Shown piece by piece: positions 27,439 through 41,082 of a stretch of 64,000 nucleotides of DNA. Location of the stretch: positions 456,380 through 520,379 of the forward strand of contig JAKMXF010000155.1 in the NCBI GenBank assembly GCA_024704765.1, in the 5' to 3' direction. Origin of the DNA: Oopsacas minuta (lineage: Eukaryota; Animalia; Porifera). Below the pieces are notes generated by a model, which ran no database searches, was not told the DNA's origin, and worked only from the letters and a program-made list of their open reading frames with translations. Position 1 is the first letter of the stretch, and every line of letters begins with the position of its first letter. The translations under genes and the position numbers were made by a program.

Positions 27439-28349
27439 GTAAGTCAGCAGCAATTTCTCCAATTATGTATTACTTAGACATATAGTTTTCTTCATAAATG
27501 TCAAAACGTACGGTTTGTGCCAAATAAGTATAACAGTGATTGTTGTAGTTAAGCCAAGTATATCATGCGACTAATATCCAAATTTATCCATCTATTTGTC
27601 AATTGGGGAAATTTGTTGACAAGGTTATCGTACCCGAGGAATCGAAAGGTGTAACTAAGTTTCTTATGTGACTTCTAAATTTCTGGATATGACGCCATTA
27701 CATATTTATGTTAACGTCACATTTTTCAATTATTTAGTATAACTCATAGAAAATTCCGCGTATAAGAAAATATTTCTTACTATGTGCATATACAATTACC
27801 CTATATAGTATTTTACTAAGAGTGCTATAGATTTACTTATTGATGATTCTAAGAACTAACAATTTTGTCCAAGGAAGAATCTGGTCATTTATTTTCGGTA
27901 TTATTGCTACAACACTTTGTTCTTTTTGTGTTGTCGTGTTCCCCACACATTTCCACAAACTAAACTCGAACGAAATTGATTCAATACAGGGTCACTTTCA
28001 GGGGTAGTCTCACAAAAATGTAAATTGCACTATCTTTAAATGAAGACATCCTTGCAAGATAGTCCCTATGCTTTCTCAGCCACTTGTTAAATGCCTCTGA
28101 TCCCTTTTCAAACTTCGTGCAAGGTTGAACTCTTTCAACATTTCTTCTGAGTGCTGTGTTATATTGGGGTAATGCTCTCCCAAGGTAAGCAATCAACGAT
28201 TAAGAGATATTTTTCGGTACATCGATCACCAAAGAGCTCGGTGTTAATGATCCTGTCCTAATTGATTAGCGAAGAATAGCTGATAAGTACGTTCTGAGAC
28301 TCTTTCTTTGTCGAGCATTTCCTGTGATTCAAATACATTGAGTGTGTAA

Positions 28350-29032
28350 TGTCAGTAGTAGAGCAGAACACAAGCTACACTACCTGTAGAGCTAGTACTG
28401 CCACTCGCATCCGGCTGTTCCATCCTCATTCCTCTCTTCTCTTCAATCAGATTTCCTACAGATTTCATCGAATTTTCTATCGCCAGAGATGTTGGTGACC
28501 ATGTATGTTTTCCACAATTCAAATGATAAATTAGGATTGAGCCACCTGAAAGTGTAAATGTATGATGGTAACGGAGATGCTGGAAGGATGTGTATTGTGA
28601 TTATGGTTCATCGTTATGCCACAACGTTGGTTTAAATCGAAGTGAGAAGATCGAATCGGTGTCTTCTATTTCGCTCAAAAGTTGAATTGCTTCAGTAATG
28701 TGCCTGTTGATATGGAATCCCTGTAGTATCAACTCACGATTACTGAGTTCCTTATGGATTACCGTGCAGAATTGTGAACTTGCGCCACCTGCCACAGACA
28801 GAATTCCTGCCATTTCCCCACCAAACATTGATCGAACAATGTTGACTCATACTTGCTGATCAGGGTCAATATGAAATACTTCATTTCTCATCAGATGAGT
28901 ATCAGGATTGATTATATCGTCCATAAATTGCTTGATATTTGCTTCGTTTTCTTTCGCAGCTAGAAGGAATAATCGGACGTTGAGGAAGAGGAGGATTTGG
29001 AGTGTTATTTTCTCTGAGTTCTCAGCTGCCAT
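28350..29032 (-). pseudogene. Unidentified decayed coding sequence
   Basis: ORFs 28847-29032 and 28601-28828 share one frame, which continues about 80 more codons past 28601: roughly 230 codons with only two isolated stops. A Tc1-like terminus (ta|CAGGGTCACTTTCAGGGG) lies at 27987. Family not recognised. Confidence 0.4.
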
Positions 29033-29089
29033 TGCTCAGTATCTTTACAGTCCTGAAAGAGAATAGGATAAACGCCTTAGTAGCTGTAT

Positions 29090-29808
29090 TCGTGTTAGAA
29101 TGAGGATGACCCTCGGATCGGAAGATCAATTTCCGCTGCCATCCCTGAAATTGCCTCTGAAATTCTAGAACCTTTGGATATTGACACCCATTTGAGCGTT
29201 GAATAGATTCCCATAATTATGAGTATCTCATCGGGAAGTGTACATACAATTCTACACGATAATCCCGAATTTCGTAAGATTTTAGCGCGATGGATACCAA
29301 AAATCCTCACAATGAGAAAAGGAGAAGAGGTTTTCATGTGCGAAAAATTTCTGAAAAGTATAGAGATTGTGATTCTTGAAAGTTTATGAAAATCTTTACT
29401 TGTGACGAAACTTGGATTAAATATTTTGCTTACGGAACAACGCAAATCGTGGCTCCCAAAAGGTTCTAATCTCCCGAAACGGCACTTTCCTACAGGAACT
29501 CGATTAATCAAACTTCCTCTGTATTCCCCAGATCTATCACCTTGTTATTTCTGGCTATTTCCTTAGCTGAAACAACAACTCGGAGGACGGCTATTTCATA
29601 CCCGACAAGAGGTAGGAAACGTGATTTACCACTACCTCAATTGAGTAGACAGAGATGAGTGTAAAAGAACATTTTCAAAGTGGTTTGGCTACAACTCTGC
29701 ATAGATGTAGAGGAGGAATATTCGAACATTTTATGTAGAAATTTGATTTGTAAGTTGTTGTAGTGTCAAGATATTTGACAAAGATAGGAAATTTTTGAGT
29801 GCCCTAAG
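29090..29808 (+). pseudogene. Truncated, internally deleted mariner element
   Basis: EDDPRIGRS, ARWIPKILT, VTCDETW, YSPDLSPCYFWLF. The right end resembles a mariner TIR followed by TA (29809-29810); no left TIR seen. Confidence 0.75.
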
Positions 29809-29899
29809 TACTACCCTATGGTACGCTGGGATACGAAAATCGCTAGTTTACAATTGGTGTCAGAGTTGTGTGTATTTTCTCCTGCGCTTTCCATGAAAT

Positions 29900-30300
29900 C
29901 TACAAGGAACACTCATTGGTAACATCGAGCTCTTTCTTCAACTTACCGAATTGCCCCGAAAACTTGTCAGACTATATATTTAAAACTTTGGGAATTTCTC
30001 GCTGTTCTGTTTGGTTCTAAGTAGTTGCAAGACAAGTGCAGCTATCTTGATTTCTGAAGTATTCTCAATAATTGAGAGTGCTTTGATAGATTCCATGACA
30101 TTTGAGGGTTGTGACCTTTGTTTTTGTAAACTGACATTGTCAATACTCATCCTATGGTTCGCAGAGAGTGCCGTCAAGATATAGTTGTTGTTGTCATTCA
30201 AAATCTTTACAATTTCAAGATGAGACTTAGGGAATTTTAGTTCTTGCGCCATTGAAACACGCTTAGAAAATTGTTGATTATCAGCAAATTCAATTTGTTA
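29900..30300 (-). pseudogene. Possible Transib-like transposase N-terminal remnant
   Basis: SIKALSII...KFPKF followed, out of frame, by VEERARCYQ. This recalls the Transib ALSL...YP-Y-KV-EAKK-CYP region. Weak similarity, from memory only. Confidence 0.3.
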
Positions 30301-33300
30301 ATGTCCTAATAATCATATATTTATATATTATATCTATTCGAAATTGGAATGCAACAATCGAGTAGCTAAATTCAGCATATCGAAATATTTACAATTGGTC
30401 ATTAAGTAATTGCATAGCAACAAAATGTGACAATGGAATTCACTGAAACTTTTCATGTTGGGCATTGTTTCGGGGCGTATTATTTTAAATGTCTTTCTAG
30501 ATACTATGATACCATTTTGGAGTTAATTTCTATGTCGTGTTTTGCGGTTGTTTTTTTGTAGCTATTTGGAAGATCTCTTTTATATACATTTTTGCCACTG
30601 AAATACCTTTAATAAAATCGATTTTGAATCTAAATGTAGTGAAGATGCACTGATGAGAATGATAACGTATGATTTAGCATAACTAAATTGTGTTGAGAAA
30701 GTTATATACAGTTGATTCAGAGCATTCTATGATACTCTCAAGTAAACTTGAATTGGTGCTAATATTCGAATTTCTGAAACCGCAAATCTAACTATTTGGG
30801 ATTGTCTCTAGAAAATTCCAATTGTAAGGCTTATATGTATTTGATTGAATTGAAATTTGAAATTAATATTATTCAAACAATCCGTAACGAGTTCAAAATA
30901 GATTATGTGCGATGCATACAAATTTTCAAGTCAAATTACCGCAAGAATTTTACGATATTTTAGAAATATTATTGAGTATCTATCATTATAGAAAAATTGT
31001 TCTGTATTTTCTATTGATGGGACCGAAATTACACACGTATGCATAGGGTTCTAAGGAGTGATGTGAATATTAAGTCGCAATATTTCACACATTTTAATTA
31101 TGTCCATTATGTTGTATGCTTTTCGAGATTAGGTGTACTACATTCAATTGATTCTGGTGGAGTGCATGTAGCTATATAAGTACTGTAATGTATTTCTCCT
31201 GAATGTAGACTATAATTCTATTAGTTAATACCCTCTATTATTCGTAAATACACATTATCACATTATTAATTAATTAACTTGCGCTTGCCTAGAAATGTGA
31301 AGTTGATATTGAAACTTGATTCATTTCATTTTAATCTGAAGTTGAAAATTGTGTGTATTTATATTAAAAAACTCAAAGCCAAAGTATGTTAATTATTTAT
31401 CATATTTTTCAAATGTTTGCTGAATAAATCATAATTATCTTTGAGATTAGCACTAATCTGTAAATTATGGTTAATCAGGGTCGTAGAAGTATAATTTGCA
31501 CTTTCAATTTTAATACGATTATATACTGAAAGCATACAGCAACTCCACCCTCAGTGCTCAGTGGGTGGCAAAATCTGTCCTAGAAAGCGAATGTTCTAGT
31601 TTTGGATGAGATAAGTACTATAAGTACAATGAAGGGATGTGAATATTCGTTCCAGAAATGTATGCAATAGAATTGCTGTTATATACATGAATTATCATTA
31701 TTGCACTAATACAATTCCATACACTCCGCAGAAATGCATGCCAAAATTGGTGCCTTTATCTCTAATTGTGTGAACAAGAGTGAATTCATATAGCTATCGA
31801 CGAATTTAACCACTTTAGTACCTAGCATCTATACTGTATAGTCTGGTTCCAAATACTGAAAAGTGAGCTGGAACAACTATATTACGGCATGAGTTGTGAG
31901 TTTCTGGGGAGAATGTTTTTATGGTAATTTGAACCAGCTTAATTCAAAATCACTTTTCCCAAGCTGAAATATGACGAGTGACCTTCAAATTATTATTAAA
32001 TAGCGCTTGTTGGCGAATTCCCGACACATCAACCAAGCGATAACCATTTACATCACACCGAATCAGCATATAATTACCAGTTCCGTTCTCAGCATCATCT
32101 AACCACCAAATTGATTAGTCACTTGACCATATTCTGACTAATTTAGATTGGAATGTAGCACCTTCTAGAGGTGTCAAGGAGAATTTTCTCTACAAATATG
32201 CTTATGTGACCCCCTATAATTGTAGGAAATTTCTTTCTGATTACGAATTTCTGCATCGAAAATCAATTCCACTCAAAATATGTATCCACCATATGGAATT
32301 TATGTATATTTCACATATTGGGATCTCAAAACCTTTAAAATTCCATTATCTATAATATTTTAGTCAAACGTAATCAGTATGAAATTTCCTTTCATTATCG
32401 GCGTCACATAAGCATGTTTGGAAATAAAATTATCCTGAAAACGCACGAATCTGTTGGAGTCCATTCTAAAAGGTGGTCGGAATAATGTCAAGTCACGTGT
32501 CAAATTCTGGGAGTTTGATCCCAAGTACGAATCTAGTGATTATAAGAAGATTCGATGAGATTTTAAAAGGTTATCGGCCTTTGGCATGTATCGGGAATTC
32601 GCCGATGTTTAATAATAATATTGATGTCAATACATCATAATTCATTTTTTGGGGAATAGTGATGTTTAATTCAGCGGTTTTCAATTACCCTAAAACCCCT
32701 TGCTACCAATTATTTCCAACAAATGTCTTAGCTCTCTAAATTTCACGCTATGCAAGCAAACTAATATATTATTTATATAGTATTTTCCGCACATTAATAT
32801 TTCAAATTTAATTATATTCCGACATACGGTTTACTAACTTCATTTCCTTGGATTATTGTGACCATAATATTCCACAAGAAAATCCCTTTGGAAGTTAAAT
32901 TTCATATGGTATGTAATTAATCTTTTAAGACATGTTAAAGTGTTAAAATCGAATTCTGCGTCCCTGTTTACCATAGATATTGTTCATGACCTCTGAATTG
33001 TCCATCAATCTTTAATGCATCAGAAGAGGAGATCATCAATTTAACCTAAATTTATTCTTTAACAATTTGTATATAGGATATAGAATTTGCCTTCTTTTGA
33101 CTGCTTTTATATAAACAATGCGTACATGTACCTTATTACCTCTATAATAAGGTATATGTGTGCATCAATGGGCTAGGAAAACGCTCCCAGCCTTGTGAAT
33201 AACAATTTATCTCCACCTTCTTTCAATTTCTTTGATGGAATTTACGGCTCATTTGATGCAACACATTTCGTAATTTTGTTTCAAAAACCAATTTAATTTT

Positions 33301-34298
33301 CAAAAAATGTATAATAAAATCTACGTTATTCATCGAATTACGGTATCTTCTCTTTGCAGCTTGAAGATACGTATTCGCAAAAGTATGTAATGTTACAGTA
33401 AACTAAGAAGCATAAAGTATCAAACGTTTTGATTAGGAGAATTATTTAGACATGCCTTCTTCATCCCCAGGAGGGTGAACGTATGTATGTATACACCATG
33501 GCTGGTTTCGGTTAACATGTTTACTTGTTAACCGTTGATAAAGTTGGTTATTTGTTGAATGATTTGTAGTCGGTTGGCCTAGATATACTTTTATTCTGTT
33601 TACAGATAGAACACATGATCATATCCCTTACTAAGTACTGATATATTGAATATAACAGATGTATTCTTCTAATATCAACTTGAAATGATACGCCTCTTCC
33701 AGGTATTTTGAGTGTGAGTTTATTACATATACTGACTAAGCACTGGAAGAAATTCCCTATATATCTATACTCTTTACTCACATCATATCTATATATATAT
33801 TTAGTAGGATGGCCCAAAGACTTCAAATGTAACTGATCTCTTTTGGATATATTCTTTTGAGTTGTTTAGATATGTTTAGCGCTCTAATTTCAAAACATTT
33901 TGACTTGTTTTCCCAAGAAATTCGATATGGTAGCTGCATATTACATAGGCTTCATATTGTGTATATTCGATTAAAAACATAGCTGTATATTAACAAATTG
34001 GTATTTAGAAGATTGACTAAATTCAACTTATTGAGTCAATTTTTGTATTCTCATTTCCTTGGTCTAAGCTAAATCTTATAGATCAAGATTATCTCTAATT
34101 CTAAATCTTCAAATTTGAAATATCGATACATTATGACACATATCTCCAGTGAATTTAGAGTTTACCATTTGATCTTATCATTTGTTCATAGATTTATCAT
34201 ATTCCACACCGAGAGAAATTCCATTCCCTTCATTTTACCAGTTGATCAATTAATTTTGTACAAAAACCCATCTAGAATAACATATATGTGATTATATA

Positions 34299-35641
34299 CA
34301 GGGTGTAACAAAAGTGTTGTCCCCTTCGATTGCCAGAAGCATCTCTGAGAAATAACTACACAATGTCAACTTTCATTTGTTTATATAATCACCTCCCATT
34401 TCCAAAACAACTTTAACTCTGTTTGGCATGCTGGCTACTAAATTTTCCAAAATATCGGGAGTAATGGCTTGCCATGCTAATTTCACGGTTTCAATTAACT
34501 GATTTCGATTTGTCATCTGACCCTTCTCATTAACTCTCTCTTTCAATATAGCCCAAAGGTTTTCAATTGGGTTCAGGTCGGTGAATTCCCTGGCCAGTCA
34601 CCTTTCTCCCAAAACCCGTTTAGACTTTCTCGGCACCACTTCTGAGTCATTTTGGCCGTGTGGGCAGGAGCACCATCTTGCATAAAGATGAAATCGGATA
34701 TGTTTCCCAACATTGGCCGCTCTGAAATAAGTCCCATATTTTCTGTACGGTTGATGGCATCTCTATAAGTCTTGGCTAATATTTCATCCCTGTAATATAG
34801 CTAGTTTACAGTCTGTCCTTGTGGAATTATATGGAGCTCAGATAGTGCTTGATGCGACATAAGTCCCCAGACATGAATTTTTTGAGGAAATTTCACCGAC
34901 AAAATGCGAGGAACATCTTTAGTTGTTCTAGCCCAAACACGATCATTATGCCGATTGGGTGTTGCACACAGCTCAGAGGGAGACTCATCAGACCAAAGAA
35001 CTTTTTTCCAATCTTCCACGCCCCAATTTTGATGTTTCTTGGCAAAATTCAGTCTGTCCTGGATGTTTTGCCGATAAACGGGGGATCTTTTGCCACTTGA
35101 ACGCTGAGGCACCAATTGAATTGGTCAAATAGCGATAAACTGTCTTGCGAGAGACAGGGTCGTTATTTGAATTCAATCTCTTTGCGATCTTGCAAGTTGA
35201 TTGCCTTCTTTTAGTCAAAGATTTGGAGATAGTGATTTTATTGACCCGATTCAAAATCGGCGGTCTGCCAGAACGGGTCTTGGTTTCCAGGCGCATTCCT
35301 TTTTTATACGCACTCTACCACCTCTTGACAGATCTCACTGAAACGTCTAGTTCGAGAGCTACGTTTTGCCGTGAAAGACCACTCCTTAACATACCTACTG
35401 CTTGAGAGCGAACCTCTAACCCGTGGTCGCGGACATTCATTCTGAACAGAGAAAATGATTTTACGAAATCCAAGTAAAAAGAAAGAGATAAAAATAATAT
35501 TAATCAAACTGCGATGGAAATAGTCAAAAACTATTATGGTAATAGCTAGAAAGAGTGAGTCAGATGCAATATTCAAGGATCAGTTTTATATACTCAATCA
35601 ATGACAAAAAAGAAAGGAGACAACACTTTTGTTACAACCTG
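34299..35641 (-). mobile_element. Tc1-like element, DD37E
   Basis: TA-flanked TIRs CAGG(G/T)TGTAACAAAAGTGTTGTC. Frameshifted transposase from ATG 35436: RSGRPP, VLWSDES, VWGLMS, FMQDGAPAH...WPGNSPDLNPIENLW (37-residue spacing after repair). Confidence 0.9.
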
Positions 35642-36044
35642 TAAATTGTTCAACTATTCATAGTCCTAAACATTAGCCTGTTTCGCTACGTCATGTTTAC
35701 TTGACAAAACATACATACTATTGTGGATGTGTGCAAACAGTCCTTTTTTATTAATTTTTTTGAAATCTTTAGATTTGAACATTTTGCTTTGTCATCGATG
35801 TAAAAATTTACTTCATGAAACTTGATATTGACTTTAGTGAAATAATCGTGTCTGTACCTGATGATATACAAATAATCACTCTAAATTTCTTAAGCACTTT
35901 AATTAACACTGATTTTATTTACCAACTTTATCGACTATCATTAAGCATTTTGTTGTCATTGTTTCAGGGTAGATCTCTCGTACCACATGAAACTTTGCAA
36001 ATGTGAAAGTTGTTTTCATTAATTCATCAAGATCAGATAGATAA

Positions 36045-38326
36045 CACTGCCCTGCGTCAAATTTGCTGATTATTATCCATGGGTTTTTTTAGTTAACTTG
36101 AGTATGCTGATTCTCAATCTGTCATCCGAATTCCCCTATCACGTCTTGTTTTTACTCAAATGTCATTTTAATGTAAGTCGATTTTTTTAAGTACACTTGC
36201 CTAGAATAAATGATTATATTTGATACATGTGTGAATTTTTCTCTTTTGAAATAAACAGATGCGTGCTTTATTGCATTTTCTAATTATTCTACATAATTTT
36301 TTTTATTTTTATTTTTGTTATATACAGCTTTATTGTACTATAGTCTACTATTTTGATATTTTATTATCATATGGCTTATCGGAGAAGGTGCAGTAATGAT
36401 CCAGACGTCTTTTGTTATATTTGTGGGAGTTTTATGACTTCTAAACAAACTACGGCAATAACAGGATTTGTTAAAAAAGCATATTTAGAATATTTTGGAA
36501 TGAGATTAGGTGATCAAGACAAAACATGGGCTCCACATACAGTGTGCCGATCTTGTGTAGAAAATTTGAGACAATGGACAAAAGGAATCACAAAGAGTTT
36601 AAGTTTTGGAATTCCAATGATATAGAGAGAGCCACAAACCACATTAGCGATTGTTACTTTTGTATGGCGAATATTTCCGGATTCAATGCTAAAACCAAAT
36701 CATTGATCAAGTATCCAAATTTACATTCAGCAATACGACCCGTTCCCCATTCTATTGATGTACCTGTTCCAAAATTTACTAATTTGGATGCTATCTCGGA
36801 AATTGATGATTGTGAAACTAGAGATTCATTAATTAGAGAAGATGAGGATTTTATTCCGTGTGTATTATCTCGTTCTAATTCTCCACAGTTATTTAATCAG
36901 TCTGAATTAAATGATTTGGTACGTGATTTAGATTTACCTAAAGAATCTGCGGAGTTGTTAGGTTCTAGGCTAAAAGAAAAAAACTTGCTTCTCCCAGAAA
37001 CAAAATTTTACTCATATAGGAACAGAGCGATCGAATTTTTGAAATATTTCATAATGGAAGACGGATTTGTGTTTTGTCATGATGTTTCACCGCTAGTTAA
37101 TGCTTTTGGATGTCCGTATGTACCTAATGATTGGAGACTCTTTATTGATAGTTCAAAACAAAGTTTGAAATGTGTTCTACCTCATAATGGCAACAAATTT
37201 AGTTCCATACCGATTGGACATTCAGTAAGTTTAAAGGAACGATATGATAACATGAAAATTGTGCTTCATAAAATTAATTATAACCAGCACAATTGGGTAG
37301 TCTGTGGTGACTTAAAAATCATATGCGTTCTTTTGGGACAGCAATCAGGATATACAAAATACCCTTGTTTTTTATGCTTATGGGACAGTCGTGCAAAGAG
37401 CGAACACTATTCTAGACAGAGCTGGCCAGCTAGAACCAATCTTAATGTTGGAGATAAGAACATTATTCACGAGCCTCTAGTGGATCCTCTCAAGATTTTG
37501 CTTCCACCACTTCATATAAAATTAGGATTGATGAAACAGTTTGTAAGGGCATTAGATAAAGAAGGAAATTGTTTCAAATATATTACCGAGAAATTTTACT
37601 ACCTAAGTGATGAAAAAAGAAAAGCCGGTATATTCGACGGTCCTCAGATAAGACAACTTGTTCGAGATGATAATTTTTCAAATTCTATGATATGCAAAGA
37701 AAAATGTGCATGGAATGCATTTGTAGATGTCATGAAAAACTTCTTGGGAAATACGAAATCTCCTAATTATAAAATACTTGTGAATGAGTTGATTGAATCT
37801 TACAAGAATCTCGGCTGCAATATGAGTGTAAAAGTTCACTTTCTTCACAGTCATATTGACTATTTTCCAGAGAATCTTGGAGCTGTTTCCGAGGAGCAAG
37901 GTGAACGATTCCACCAAGACATAAAAACAATGGAAACACGATATCAGGGGAGGTGGGACGTTCATATGATGGCTGATTACTGCTGGTGCCTCAAGAGAGA
38001 TTGTATTGATGTTATTCATGCTAGAATGTCAAAAAAAACGGAAATTTACTCCTGATTCAGACTATAATATATATATATTCAAATTATTTATTAACTAAGA
38101 TTATATTAACAAAAAAATTTATAAATGGCAGATTTTCACTATTTTATTTGTAGAGGTATCATGCATTCATCGATAAATATACCAATATTTAAAAATAATT
38201 TTGCAAAAAAACTAGACGTGATACGTATATTTTACAAAATTATTCAAAATCAGTATTAAAATGTGGATTAGAAAATGTTTTGCAATAACAATCAGCAAAT
38301 CAAATTTTTTTTCCCGCAGGGCTGTG
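36045..38326 (+). mobile_element. Chapaev3-type (CMC) transposon, full length
   Basis: Termini CACTGCCCTGCG..AATTTGCTGATT and AATCAGCAAAT..CGCAGGGCTGTG; 3-bp TSD TAA on both sides; 2282 bp. Confidence 0.82.
36371..38055 (+). pseudogene. Chapaev3-type transposase, near intact (one nonsense codon plus one 1-bp deletion)
   Basis: MAYRRRCSNDPDVFCYICG...WAPHTVCRSC...GIPMI*(W)REP, then NHISDCYFC...RLFIDSSK...VCGDLK...YPCFLCLWDSR...LPPLHIKLGLMKQF...VSEEQGERFHQD...MMADYCW. TAG at 36623-36625; frame slip at about 36633. Confidence 0.88.
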
Positions 38327-38578
38327 TAATACTTTTATTGGAATTATGAATAGAGGAGGTCTCCTGCTACCTTCGGTTATTCTTTACCAGTTTACCATTA
38401 TACAGAACTTTCAATTCGTATACTTGAATTATTTGAATCTCCTATTCTTGCATCTAACCTACAACTGAAATTGTAATGATCCACCTACTTGAACATGTGT
38501 CAGCCAACTGAGGTACACATTATTATAACACTAAATTTGTACATTATTCATACATTCATAATTATGGGCTATAATATA

Positions 38579-39939
38579 CAGGGTGTATAATGATTGATGC
38601 CATCTAATACAAGAATATTTATTAATAAAATGGGTTAAGAATATATAATAATTCATTTGCCTATATATCCCCCAGTCTGATACATTTAGTGTGAATGCTT
38701 ACATTTTTTGATGCTTTCGGGCATTCCTCTATACATTTTGTCCAAAATATTCGGTTGGATTTGGGACCAAGCTAATTTTACCTTCCTGATCAGCATTTCT
38801 GTATTTGTTGAAGGTGCCATTGTATCTACCTCAGTTTGGAGAATTGACCAGAGGTTCTCTGTTGGATTTATATCCGGTGAGTTTCCTGGCCAAATACCTT
38901 TAGCCCAAAAGCCTTTCAGGCAGCTCTTACACCATTCTTGGGATATTTTTGCGTGATGCGCAGGTGCACCATCCTGTTGAAGATGGATTTGGACATCTCT
39001 GGCAGCATAGCTATCTTAAAACATTACCAGTTTTTCGCTTTCTTCGCATTGCAGAAAGGAGGGAATTCTTCAAAATCTCTTCTGCATAGTATCCTGTTGT
39101 TATGGTTTGTCCTTTGGGAACAATATGTGGTTCTGAGAGTGCACAGTAAGACATCATGCCCCACACATGTATTTTGCTCGGGAATTTGACCCTCTTGACC
39201 GGTGGAATTTGTGAAGTATCTTTAGCCCAGATACGATCGTTTTGTCGATTCGGAAGGTGCAAAATTTCAAATGGAGATTCGTCAGAAAATAGGACACGTT
39301 TCCAGTCTTCAACATTCCAATTTCTCCGTTCTTACAGAAATTCAGCCTGGCCGCAAGCTGTTTTTCGGTCAGCTGCGGGTGTCGTTGTCGCTTATAGGGT
39401 TTAACTTGAAGGGTCTTCCTTAAATAATTATGAACCGTGCCATGAGTGATAGGAAATCCACTAGCAGTTATTCTCTTGGCAAGCTTTCGAGTGGATTGGT
39501 TTCTTTTACTTATTGATTTAGCCAAAATTATTTTCACAACTCTAGGGATGGATGATTTTGGTCCACGGCCCCCTTTATTCTGAAGGGATTCCCCTTTCTT
39601 GTACCGACTCCACCAACGTCTGATTGTGCTAATATCTGCCCTTATTAACTTAGCGCATTTTCTTTGCGTAAATCCTGCTTCTAACATCCCAATAGCTCTA
39701 TTTCGAGAAGATAGAGGATGCTCTTTGACCATATTTAATAGGCTAATTCTCAAGAAAAAGCAAAGTTTAATTTTCGTATAAATATAGGCACGAGTTAGAG
39801 GAAATAGTATTAAAGATTATGTGTATTGATAACTAAAAGGGAAGAGATTAAGATACATTGAACTACATTCATTTTACTAGTGTAAATATAAAGGTTATAC
39901 ATAAATATAAATATAGCGCATCAATCATTATACACCCTG
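38579..39939 (-). mobile_element. Tc1-like element, DD37E
   Basis: Perfect 22-bp TIRs CAGGGTGTATAATGATTGATGC with TA TSD. Transposase from ATG 39732, frameshifted; QQDGAPAHH-37-SPDINPTE. Confidence 0.92.
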
Positions 39940-41082
39940 TATATATAATGGTATGTCTCTGTTAAATGGCGCCTAAACGACGATTATTCGAACATCAATA
40001 GCCTCTTAATAAATTGGACATACCTTATTTCCCTAAATTATGTCATTACCCTATACATTATTATAACCCCTAATACTGTTTCATTCCCGAAGTAAAAACA
40101 TTGGGAACTGGCCTCTCTTAATATTTCATTACTCTGTTAATTTCCAATTTGTAATATTTAGTAGTTTATAGTTAAACTTATAATACTTATTTACGAAATA
40201 CATTTTCATTGAAGTTACATTGAACAACTTAGATTTTGAAATATCATTCAAAGTGTTTAGCTCAGATTCGGTGTAACAGTAACTTGAGTGTTCATTTGAG
40301 ATAATTATTCGGAGAATCAGGAATGCATGACAGTAGCTATTGAAATATTATGTTTTTAACCCAATTTTTTGGTGTGGGTTTTGTCTGTTAAACTTGATTC
40401 TTCTTTTTTCCTTAGATATTAGTCGAAGTCATTAAAAATGGTCCATAATGCATTGATCCGGTGAGTAGGGTGTCATATTAGGGTCATTCTATAGATAAGT
40501 GGTTCTCAACCCTTGACCATTTGAATCACTTGGGCATTATTTCGGCAAAATTTCTTTCAATTTTTTAGAAATACTATTGATTTGGAAATAGTTATCCTAA
40601 TTAGTTGCATTGACAAATGTGACTTAAATTTCAACAAAGAATCTTCTAGAGGGGTCTTTAATATAATGAATTTACAGTTTCCAGCATTTTTTGAAGCCAA
40701 AGGCTCTAGATCATGAAATACGATATTTATAAAGTTTGCATGTATCATTATATATAAGTATAATTGGGCTTCGAGTGAAATATTTCAAGTAGCTAACGCC
40801 CATCTTATGGCATAATTACTAATTGCCTGTCGCCATTAATCGTCAGGAAATTCAGCACATTGGGGGCACATAGGAGATACCTGACCCATATCTGGGTTGT
40901 GTGTAAAATCTTCACATGTTTAGACTTGAATACTTGGTACTTCCATGATCTGTTATAGTCAGTGTTTCACTAAATATGTGGAAATTGATTTTCGGACAAG
41001 GAAGTGTAGTTTCATTTAAAGTTTTTATGAGCCAAAGGCTGTGAAGCAAATGTATAACTAAATATCAATCTTCAGTACTATA

